This document shows, piece after piece, positions 11,201 through 22,427 of a stretch of 64,000 bases of DNA. Within the stretch, counting starts at the first letter, position 1, and each line of letters starts with the position of its first letter. Position numbers and translations under genes: made by a program. The notes below the pieces were generated by a model. It did not search any database and was not told the origin of the DNA. It saw only the letters and a list, made by a program, of their open reading frames with translations. This DNA comes from Dendrobates tinctorius (Eukaryota), in the NCBI RefSeq assembly GCF_039654945.1, contig NW_027361684.1:8122001-8186000 (forward strand), in the 5' to 3' direction.

Positions 11201-13771
11201 ACTGGTCACTACTGAGCATGTACATGAAGTGCAGCACAGATTCATCTCATCTACATCTCCACAGCACTGGTCACTACTGAGCATGTGCATAAAGTGCAGC
11301 ACAGATTCATCTCATCTACATCTCCCCAGCACTGGTCACTACTGAGCATGTACATAAAGTGCAGCACAGATTCATCTCAGCTACATCTCCACAGCACTGG
11401 TCACTACTGAGCATGTACATAAAGTGCAGCACAGATTCATCTCATCTACATCTCCCCAGCACTGGTCACTACTGAGCATGTACATAAAGTGTAGCACAGA
11501 TTCATCTCATCTATGACCCCACAGCACTGGTCACTACTGAGCATGTACATAAAGTGCAGCATAGATTCATCTCATCTACATCTCCACAGCACTGGTCACT
11601 ACTGAGCATGTACATAAAGTGCAGCACGGATTCATCTCATCTATGACTCCCCAGCACTGGTCACTACTGAGCATGTACATAAAGTGCAGCACGGATTCAT
11701 CTCATCTACGACCCCACAGCACTGGTCACTTATTGAGCATGTACATAAAGTGCAGCACAGATTCATCTCATCTACGACCCCACAGCACTGGTCACTACTG
11801 AGCATGTATATAAAGGGCAGCACAGATTCATCTCATCTATGATCCCACAGCACTGGTCACTACTGAGCATGTACATGAAGTGCAGCACAGATTCATCTCA
11901 TCCACATCTCCACAGCACTGGTCACTACTGAGCATGTGCATAAAGTGCAGCACAGATTCATCTCATCTACATCTCCCCAGCACTGGTCACTACTGAGCAT
12001 GTACATAAAGTGCAGCACAGATTCATCTCAGCTACATCTCCACAGCACTGGTCACTACTGAGCATGTACATAAAGTGCAGCACAGATTCATCTCATCTAC
12101 ATCTCCCCAGCACTGGTCACTACTGAGCATGTACATAAAGTGTAGCACAGATTCATCTCATCTATGACCCCACAGCACTGGTCACTACTGAGCATGTACA
12201 TAAAGTGCAGCACAGATTCATCTCATCTATGACCCCACAGCACAGGTCACTACAGAGCTTGTACATAAAGTGCAGCATAGATTCATCTCATCTACATCTC
12301 CCCAGCACTGGTCACTACTGAGCATGTACATAAAGTGCAGCACAGATTCATCTCATCTACGACCCCACAGCACTGGTCACTTATTGAGCATGTACATAAA
12401 GTGCAGCACAGATTCATCTCATCTACGACCCCACAGCACTGGTCACTACTGAGCATGTATATAAAGGGCAGCACAGATTCATCTCATCTATGATCCCACA
12501 GCACTGGTCACTACTGAGCATGTACATGAAGTGCAGCACAGATTCATCTCATCTACATCTCCCCAGCACTGGTCACTACTGAGCATGTGCATAAAGTGCA
12601 GCACAGATTCATCTCATCTACATCTCCCCAGCACTGGTCACTACTGAGCATGTACATAAAGTGCAGCACAGATTCATCTCAGCTACATCTCCACAGCACT
12701 GGTCACTACTGAGCATGTACATAAAGTGCAGCACAGATTCATCTCATCTACATCTCCCCAGCACTGGTCACTACTGAGCATGTACATAAAGTGCAGCACA
12801 GATTCATCTCATCTATGACCCCACAGCACTGGTCACTACTGAGCATGTATATAAAGGGCAGCACAGATTCATCTCATCTATGATCCCACAGCACTGGTCA
12901 CTACTGAGCATGTACATGAAGTGCAGCACAGATTCATCTCATCTACATCTCCCCAGCACTGGTCACTACTGAGCATGTGCATAAAGTGCAGCACAGATTC
13001 ATCTCATCTACATCTCCCCAGCACTGGTCACTACTGAGCATGTACATAAAGTGCAGCACAGATTCATCTCAGCTACATCTCCACAGCACTGGTCACTACT
13101 GAGCATGTACATAAAGTGCAGCACAGATTCATCTCATCTACATCTCCCCAGCACTGGTCACTACTGAGCATGTGCATAAAGTGTAGCACAGATTCATCTC
13201 ATCTATGACCCCACAGCACTGGTCACTACTGAGCATGTACATAAAGTGCAGCATAGATTCATCTCATCTACATCTCCACAGCACTGGTCACTACTGAGCA
13301 TGTACATAAAGTGCAGCACAGATTCATCTCATATACGACCCCACAGCACTGGTCACTACTGAGCATGTACATAAAGTGCAGCACAGATTCATCTCATCTA
13401 TGACCCCACAGCACTGGTCACTACAGAGCTTGTACATAAAGTGCAGCATAGATTCATCTCATCTACATCTCCCCAGCACTGGTCACTACTGAGCATGTAC
13501 ATAAAGTGCAGCACGGATTCATCTCATCTATGACCCCACAGCACTGGTCACTACTGAGCATGTGCATAAAGTGCAGCACAGATTCATCTCAACTGAACAC
13601 CGAGATCCTTAGATCAGGAACAGAACAGACATATATAGGACATTTCATAACTTTCCCAAATTATTATGAAAGAATATTCGTCAGCACATCCTGCATTGTA
13701 CTAATGGAGCCAACATATTATATATTTTATGTGTCAGAGATGGTCCATTTTATACCGACTCCACAGCCCTG
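8204..13771. mobile_element. Non-autonomous hAT-type element carrying the 65-bp satellite
   Basis: Perfect 15-bp TIRs CAGGGCTGTGGAGTC (8204-8218) and GACTCCACAGCCCTG (13757-13771); perfect 8-bp TSD AGCCGAAT (8196-8203, 13772-13779). Confidence 0.9.
8261..13591. repeat. Tandem satellite, 65-bp monomer, about 82 copies
   Basis: Monomer CACAGCACTGGTCACTACTGAGCATGT(G/A)CATAAAGTGCAGCACAGATTCATCTCATCTACATCTC; occasional 66-bp units; variation concentrated in one ~10-nt segment. Confidence 0.98.
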
Positions 13772-15819
13772 AGCCGAATGATAGCTCAATTGACAGCTAT
13801 CTAGTGTTTATGGTCAGCTTTATAGTCTCAGTATTTATAAGCCAGAGAAGGAAAGCAGAATAATTCAAAAATGTGCACCTATTCTGTGATTTGAAGCTAC
13901 TTCTTTTTTTCTTGCAAATACTGATGAAATACTGACCAAAAATACTGGTACACAATACGGCCATGTACAAGACACCTGAAAAAGCAGCTCCAATTGCAGC
14001 GGACCAAGGAAGTTGTGGAACCAGTTAGGAGTCAGTCTGGTTTCCACATTAATAATCCTGAACACCCACGTCTTATACAGCACACAACACTCATCAGATT
14101 AATTTCACCATGCGTCTCCATGTGAAGTCTGAAGAAGCTCACAAACCACCCATGTAGCTCCACTCCAAGCACATCCCGGGCCCCCCCATACATTACTGCG
14201 ACAGTCCCCTCGGTACTATTGGAAGACTGGCAGTGTAAGCACTTAGTCTAAACATGACTTTATAGGAGGGGGGAAGAGGTCAGGACCCCAATCTGCTAGC
14301 ATAACAGCAAGGAGCGGGGCAGAGATGACAGTTGTGTCAGTGAGTTAGACAGCGTGTTGTCCCATCTATGAGTCCAGGGTCTGTTCTAGCCGCACGTACA
14401 TCGCATACCGGGACACATGGTGAAAGGTCTGCTCATTAGTAGGGTCCTTGTATACACTAACAGACCACCAGTGATGGTCAAGAGAGGTTGTAATATCGGA
14501 AACCTAATAACACAAAAATGGTCAAAAACAAGCAAAAAATGTTGAGATCGCTCTGACAATGATTATATCTTGTGTCACCTTGAAGAAAATGTGCGCGCCT
14601 CTTAAATATCATTTCCAGGAATGTGAATGCCGACCCAATGACACGGGCAGAACGTGACATCGGGACAGTTTATAATAATGGGATCCCATGAATAATAAAA
14701 TAGCTGTATAATGTTAAGAACTAAGAATATAGTAAGGGGAGAAGTATAGTATAAATCACTTATTGTCATACTTAAAATATTCTTAGAATATTCAAGTATT
14801 GAGCACAAGATCCACAATGCTCACACGTAAACGCTACTACCTCACTTTTAGGGTGAATTCACACACAGAAGGTTTGGGTGCAGTAATAAAATGTCTTCAA
14901 ATAAACGGCAAAGGTCACATTTTGCCGCTTTTCAAGGGCAATGTGAGGCCTCATGAATGGATTGATGCATAACGTGTGCAGAGCCTATAAATCCCTCCGA
15001 TATTATACAGGACTTATACTTCACTATCAAATACTGACAAGCAGCACACGTCAGGCGATGTTTACACATGGCGAATAAGTTGTGTATTTTTAGTCTGAGT
15101 TTGTGGGTGAAGATTTTACCAACACCATCCACATACTGAAAAAAAAATATCTGTGGCGACAATCGACCTGCAGTGCAGTTATCAAATCTGCTGCAGATTT
15201 TTCACAGTGGATTTTACTCTATATATATTTTGAAATCTAGGGAAATAGCAAAATCAAAGACGCCAACATGCTTTGCAAATTTTGTCACTGATTTGTTTTG
15301 GATTCATAGAAAAGGCAAACATTCACTAAATAAATGTATAGGTAATGATGTGTGTTGCTGGGAACGCTCCCCATATATGATGGAAGAGATGTACAAATCA
15401 TCTTCTGATCATTGTATTAATGTAGAAAATTCTCTAATCTAATCTCAACCTCCTAAAACTCAGGAAGAACCGCAAACTTATGACCTTTGATGAGACCAAA
15501 AGGGCGAAACCCTGGATCGGGCAGGCCGCTGAGCGTATGGTATCGTTTTCAAAAATGGATTACCGTATACTGATGTGCTGACGCTCCTCTGTGAGGAAGC
15601 GAATTGCATTGTGGAATTAAAAAAAAAAAAAAGTGTGAATAGTTTTATACTTTGTTTCGGCTACTGTGTTTTATAGAGAATCCCACCATCTATCTGGAGA
15701 ACATCCTGAGCATTAGGAAGGTGGTTCTTCTAGTGGAAGCTGCTCAATTAGAAGAACCACCTGGTCGGAGTATTGGTATGAAAGCGCGTGAGTTTTTTAT
15801 GACACCATTCAGACTGTGA

Positions 15820-16125
15820 GGCCATGTGCACACGCTGCGGAATCACCCGCGGGTTTTTTCCCGCGGAAACGCAGGTAAAACCGGAGGCAAAGTGACCTGC
15901 AGTTTTGCTGCGGTTTGGCCTGCGGTTTCACACCTCTACTATGTTAAAGGTGTGAAACCGCAGCGGAATCCACAAAAACAATTGACGTGCTGCGGAAAAA
16001 AACGCAGCGTGAGCACTGCGGTTTTGAAAACCCATAGGGTTACATGGTACTGTACCATGTCTGCGGAACTGCTGCGGTTCCGCAGGGCCAAAACCGCAGC
16101 GGAACCGCAGCGTGTGCACATAGCC
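15820..16125. mobile_element. Fold-back MITE, TGA TSD (Harbinger-like)
   Basis: TIR GGCCATGTGCACACGCTGCGG / CCGCAGCGTGTGCACATAGCC; TGA on both sides. Confidence 0.85.
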
Positions 16126-17371
16126 TGATAGTCTTGATCGGCCATAATTTTGACTATTCCAGAGTTCTTTATGGACTTTCTCCTCCATCATAAGACCAGG
16201 TCCATTAAACATGGGTAACATATCGACTTTATATGTGTAGTAATTTTACTAAACATTTTATTTCTGCTTCTGTAACAATATTTGCAGCTTTTTTTTTATT
16301 ATTGTGCTATGATTACTTTATAATCTAATTGTGTAACAGCCGTAAACTCCTATGACCGGAAAGCTGATATATGGGGAGTTTAGTTCTCTATTTTACCCAC
16401 GCAAAGCGGAGATAGCAACGTGGCAACTGGTGATTTTTCCCACAGTGACTCTGCGCAGTATAGAAGAAAGAAAAAATTCTTTGACTCCTTGGCGCTTACA
16501 GACGCTAAAGATTAATATTCCGGATGATTTCTGGAGGCACAGGGATAGCCATGTTTGATTAACAGTTTCCTGGCATAGTCGGTGTCGAGCACATGTTGGA
16601 TCATTAAATACTAAGTATGTAACAAGAAGTGTCCAGACCTCTGGTGTAATGATACAGCTTGTACTTTTCTCCGATCAGGGACAGTAACAATGTCCAAGAG
16701 GCTCATAAAAAATAATACTTAAGCAGCAGAGCTTCTGGATGTGCCACCTCCTGCGAAACACTGCGCACGTGGCCAACTCCACAAGTAATGAGATGAGGCC
16801 GAGATACCACAGGGAGGATCATTAATCATCCGGTGCCAGGCACAGCTGTGGCCCCAGACAGCCCACTTGTCTCCTGCCTACTGGACAAGACAGGACGGGG
16901 ATGATGAATATTTACAAGGTGTGTCCAGCTGAGGACGATTACACCGAGCCTGGAGAGAAGGCATCCATGGGAGAAAAACCTACTAAAGCGATGACATCGG
17001 CACCAGGGTGCTGTAACACAACAGCTCACATCTCTACCATTGTGAAAAATGGCGCACAACCACAGCATCAATGCCCACACGATCGGTGCTCGGCTGGCAC
17101 ACAGAATGAATTTGGCTGTCATGTATCGGGCTTTTCTCTTTTTTGTTTTATTTACTTTTTGTGCCTTTGGCTAGAACTCGCTCATGAGAATATACAATTG
17201 TGACTGTTTTTTTCCCCATTGTTGTGATACTATTTTAATATTTACTGTTTTTCCCTAAAAATCACGTCAAATTCTCTGCAATATACTTTTGCCTAAAATC
17301 AAGCTGTAGTTATCGCATGCAATGAGAGCAGAGATCCTAGTCTTCAGAGAGTTTATATTGTGACTCTTATT

Positions 17372-17754
17372 TTGTGTGCACACGATGCAGATTTGCAGCG
17401 GATCCGCAGCGCATTTTACCGCGCAGAAACGTTGCATATCCGCATTGTGAGGATGTACAGTAGCCTTAAAATCAATGGGAAAAAAAACCGCTGTGCAGAC
17501 GCTGCGGATTTTTCCGCGCGGTTTTCCTGCGGTACAAAATCCGCAGCATGTTACTTGTTTTGTGCGGTTTTCCACCTCCCGTCTCCAAATCCGTAGGGGG
17601 GAGTCCGCAGTGGAAAACCGCACAAAAAAACGCAAGGAAACCGCAGGAAAAATGGAAGAAATCTGCAGGAAAAATGCAGGTCATTTGACCTGCGGATTTC
17701 TTCCATTCTGCAAAGAAAAATCCGCAGGGCTAAAAACTCCGTCTGCACTCAGCC
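17372..17754. mobile_element. TGCGG/CCGCA-rich MITE
   Basis: Right terminus GTCTGCACTCAGCC+TAA; internal palindromic TGCGG/CCGCA motifs; left terminus decayed. Confidence 0.65.
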
Positions 17755-19801
17755 TAAATTTATAAAAGTCCATCAGTGTTTGCACCAGGTATGTATAAAT
17801 CAAAGACTGTGCAATTAGTGCATTATTCTGGCTGCACCACTTCCTACAAATATCAAATTAAAGGGATTCGCTAAGAATTCAGCCTTTATTTCGTTGCGTG
17901 GGGTCCACTGGACCCCAATTTTATTTTTGTCATATTTCCGCAAGAATGGAAGGTAGGCAACCGTCCGTTTGGGTAGCTCCCTAGCTCGGGCCCCTGCCTC
18001 ATCAGTGCATCACGTCAACTACACGTGCCATAGCGAGGTGTGCAACTAATATAGAGTAAGTATTTTGGGGCGACTACCTGAAGGTTAAGTGCTGATAGAC
18101 TCTAGATCCATGAGAGTCAAAAGCACAATCAGCCCTTTACTGCGAGTGAGGGTCCTGAAGGTAGGGTAACAACTAATCTAATATCGGAGGGGTTTTCCAG
18201 GTTCATAAAGACCCTATTCCATTTTTTTTTTTTAATTAATTTTGACCATTTTTCAATGTCACTGTATACTAAATAATATCTTGGCTCAATGGAAATAAAT
18301 TATTATACATTCATAAAAGTTATCTGTGAGTGACTGCATCTGGTCCGGGTGAGAGTCAGGACTGCACAAGAATGCAAAATATACGAGGTGTTTACCTAAC
18401 GAACACGCTTTATTCTGGGAATGAAAACCAGCTGTCACCTCTTACAGAACGCGGACCTGCACAGATTCCCCATGTTTAAGTTTTGTATCAAGTTTTAGTC
18501 TTCGGTCACAAGTGGTCACCACTGCCTGTGACCAGAGTGAAATTTTCACATATAGAATACTACATTATTGATGATAATGTGTGCAAACTGTGAAGCGCTG
18601 CAGAATATGTTAGCGCTATATAAAAATAAAGATTATTATACATTGTAAGGCCGCATTCACACATCCACATGCAAGGCCATCTGGCAATTCTGGCAAATGC
18701 CAGAAGGGCCTGTCTGGTCGGGGGCCATCTTGTTTGCTACATTGTTAACAGAATCGGTGTTCTCAAGACAACTCATACTGTTAACAGTTGTGACGGAGCA
18801 CAAAGTCACAGACTCCGTCACTTACCCCAGCAGGCCACGGGTATCATTAGGAATATTGGTCTTGTTGTAAATCTTCCTTTTCCTCCATCTAAGGTAATAT
18901 TAGGAATATATCTCCACCTGGTTCTTGGGGATGAGGACATCATGGGCCTGTGTGATTTCAAATGCCAGGGCTGGATTTCAGCCCCAGTCCGTACCTGTTC
19001 ACATGTCATGATCTGTGATACAAGGTCCAGCCGCGGGAGCGCCGACACAAACCAGGTGGCCTCATAGGTCAGTCCGTGCACCGCCATCCAAACTCAGACT
19101 ATGTCACATGGATGTGCAAATCTGGCTGAAGGCCAGCGCTCTACCACAACTGCTGCAGGTTTCCGCCACCCCAATGTTTCCATGCAGGCGGAGGCAGTCA
19201 CAAGAATGGCGTGATGCTTTTCTCCTTGCATATGAGGAAAATGGACCTATTGACCTTAATGGGTGATACTGATCCACAAATCAGATAAACCCGTAGCCAG
19301 TCGGGAAATCACAGACTGTACATGGACATGTGAGTGCAGCCATACAGCCGCAAGATATTTGGCCCTGAAAGTCATATGCGGATGGCCTGTGGTTATATTC
19401 ACACACAGAATTTTTGTTGCATTTTTTTTCTTGGAAAAAAAACCCCCACCCAAGTAATGCAGTTTTGTTTTTAGTTTTTTTTTACTTGCACAATAGTTAA
19501 AAAAAAAAAAATAAATAAAAAAAAAATACAAGGAAAAAAATGTTTCAATGAGATGTAATAGTTCTCAGTTTTGCTGCTGGAAAATACTGCATTCTTTTGC
19601 TACCAAAGGAAAAAAAAATTGATGGAAAAATGCCAAGTGTGAACAAATCCTTAGGGTGAGGATATACATTAGTGTTTCATGCTATAATTTTGTAGGTTGA
19701 ACTAGTCATTTTTACTCCCCAAAATTATCTAGTTCTCAAATGTATATCAAACATATTTGCAAAGTTATTCCACGTGGACGTAGCTAAAGTTCATTGTGGT
19801 A

Positions 19802-19843
19802 TGTCCTGAGGAAGAAGCATGAATACTTCGAAACGCGTTGACA
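19802..19843 (+). ncRNA. Minimal type I hammerhead ribozyme motif (Penelope-like element type)
   Basis: UGUC-CUGAGGA-A-GAAGCA-UGAA-UACUUC-GAAA-CGCG-UU-GACA: stem I, full catalytic core, stem II, palindromic ACGCGU stem III; followed by AATAAA. Confidence 0.6.
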
Positions 19844-21084
19844 AATAAAAAACGCATCCAAACACGCTTGGTCTCCGATCGCTTATTGGACCTCTGGCAG
19901 AGCGGATTTACATCCACTTTCCATCATTTTCAACATCAGAATAGAAAGAAAAAAAAACAGCATCAGGGCTCAGGGATACTTTTTGTTGGATAATTACGCC
20001 TTTTCCCTTCCAGAATGGTGCAATCATCTCACATAAGGATGTTTGGCTCATAAGATGTAGCATCTTCAATACCAGGATTATCCCTTTGAAACAAAGATGA
20101 TGATCATTTACATAACTCAGTCATGTGATTAATTATATAGGGAGTTTGGAAGATAATGACCCAGTGGGGAAGGGACTGATATAATTAGAAACATAAGGAA
20201 CAGTATGAATGTAAAACAGCATAAACTGCGTTGTGCCTCCACCTTGCCACGTGAGCAATCACACATGACAGAGCCGAGTTACTGCAGAGAATATCTGTCC
20301 AATTAATGGCTTGCAAGTCAATCAAATCCAGAAAGGTCTCCAGCTCCTGGTCTATAACAATGTCAAGGCATGAGAAATCTCTACATCACGGCTGCTAATA
20401 TAACACACGTGTACGGGAGCATTCGCGGAATGTAGACGTTCTACACCAAGGTTTGCAACATTCAGGGTAGCACTTCTGGTTCCCCCATACTCCGGCCTTA
20501 TCCGCACTCGCTGCCCCGATCAGACTATGATCGGCTAATTGTGTCTGCAATGACATTATCGGTACGCTGCAAATTGCCCATTGATATTTTTCATGTAAAT
20601 AGAGATCAGCACCTAAATGCCCTGGATCTGCTATTTATGCACACATTTTATTACTTTACAGTACGTTTTTTTCCCCTCTGGCTGCATTTTACATAATTTA
20701 TCATTTCCCCTAAGAGCACTAGGAATCCTTATAAATCGGTATATAGAGAATTGGTATTTTTAAAAAAGGACCTGTATCAGATCTAAGCTCTCTTTATTCC
20801 TGCTGCCCCCCAAAATATTCTGTTTTTTGTTTACACCTACCATACTGTTCCAGAGATATGGGCCTTGTTATTTAGTGCTAATGTCCATGGTCTCAACCAA
20901 GAGGGCATGGTCACGGGATTTTCTGGGGGCGTATATTTAGACAGCTCTGCATAATTACCCTTTAAGCCCTACCTCCTAATAAAAAAAATATAAAAATTAG
21001 CACAAAAATAGCCCTGTAAATTTAGAACTGTATGGCAGATAAAAAAAATTATTAAAAATGAAATGGGGCAGCAGTGGGAACAAA

Positions 21085-22427
21085 CTTTGCTGAGGTAATC
21101 TGGAGAAATTTCACCCCATGCTTCCAGAAGCCCCTCCCACAAGTTGGTTTGGCTTGATGGGCACTTTTTTGCATAGCACATGGTCAAGCTGCTCCCACAA
21201 CAGCTCAATGGGGTTGAGATCTGGTGACTGCACTGGCCACTCAATTACAGATAGAACACCAGCTGCCTGCTTCTTGCCTAAATAGTTCTTACATAATTTG
21301 GAGGTGTGCTTTGGGTCATTGTCCTGTTGTAGGATGAAATTGGCTCCAATCAAGCGCTGTTCACAGGGTATGGCATCGCAAAATGGAGTGATAGTCTTCC
21401 TCATTCAAAATCTCTTTTACCTTTTACAAATCTCCCACTTTACCAGCACCAAAGCAACCCCAGACCATCACATTACCTCCACCATGCTTAACAGATGGCG
21501 TCTTTTCAGTTCTGTCTTACAAATGTTCCTCTGTGTGATCCAAACACCTCAAACTTGGATTCGTCTGTCCATAAAACTTTTTTCCAATCTTCCTCTGTCC
21601 AATGTCTGTGTTCTTTTGCCCATATTAATCTTTTCCTTTTATTAGCCAGTCTCAGATATTTTCTTTGCCACTCTGCCCTGAAGGCCAGTATCCCAGAGTC
21701 GCCAATTCACTCTAGACGTTGACACTGGCGTTTTGCATGTACTATTTAATGAAGCTGCCAGTTGAGGACCTGTGAGGCATCGATTTCTTAAACTACAGAC
21801 TCTAATGTACTTGTCTTGTTGCTCAGTTGTGCAGCGGGGCCTCCCACTTCTTTTTCTACTCTGGTTAGAGCCTGTTTGTGCTCTCCTCTGAAGGGTGTAA
21901 TACACACCGTTGTACGAAATCTTCAGTTTCTTGGCAATTTCTCGCATGGAATAGCCTTTATTTCTAAGAATGAGAATAGACTGTCGAGTTTCACATGAAA
22001 GTTCTTATTTTCTGGGCATTTTGGGTGTTTAATGGAACCAACAAATGTAATGCTCCAGATTCTCAACTAGCTCAAAGGAAGGTCAGATTTATAGCTTCTC
22101 TAAACAGTCAAACTTTTCAGCTGTGCTAACATACTTGCACAAGGGTTTTCAAGGGTATTCTAACCATCCATTAGCCTTGTTAGACAGTTAGCAAACACAA
22201 AGTACCATTAGAACACTGGAGTGATGGTTGTTGGAAATGGGCCTCTACACACCTATGAAGATATTTCATTACAAACCAGATGTTTGCAGCTAGAATAGTC
22301 ATTTACCACATTAACAATGTATAGAGTATTTCTGAATCATTTAATGTTAGCTTCATTGGAAAAAAAACTGCTTTTCTTTAAAAAATAAGGACATTTCTAA
22401 GTGACCCTAAACTTTTGAACAGTAGTG
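21085..22427 (-). mobile_element. Decayed Tc1-like transposon with DD38E spacing (Intruder type), 3'-truncated
   Basis: TA+CACTACTGTTCAAAAGTTTAGGGTCAC terminus at 22427; fragments RSGRPRCTT and QQDNDPKH...SPDLNPIE with 38 residues between D and E. Confidence 0.85.

Noticed and set aside
8261-13591. CRISPR-like array or repetitive protein (MQHRFISSTSPQHWSLLS ORFs)
   Set aside because: The variable part is only ~10 nt with a few recurring alleles, not unique spacers. The context is a eukaryotic intron with no cas genes. The 65-bp period breaks the frame, so the ORFs are by-products.
18826-19087. Possible extra ABR exon ending at GGG|GTAAGT
   Set aside because: The open frame meets the donor in phase 1, whereas this intron needs phase 0; the phase-0 frame has a stop 7 codons upstream.
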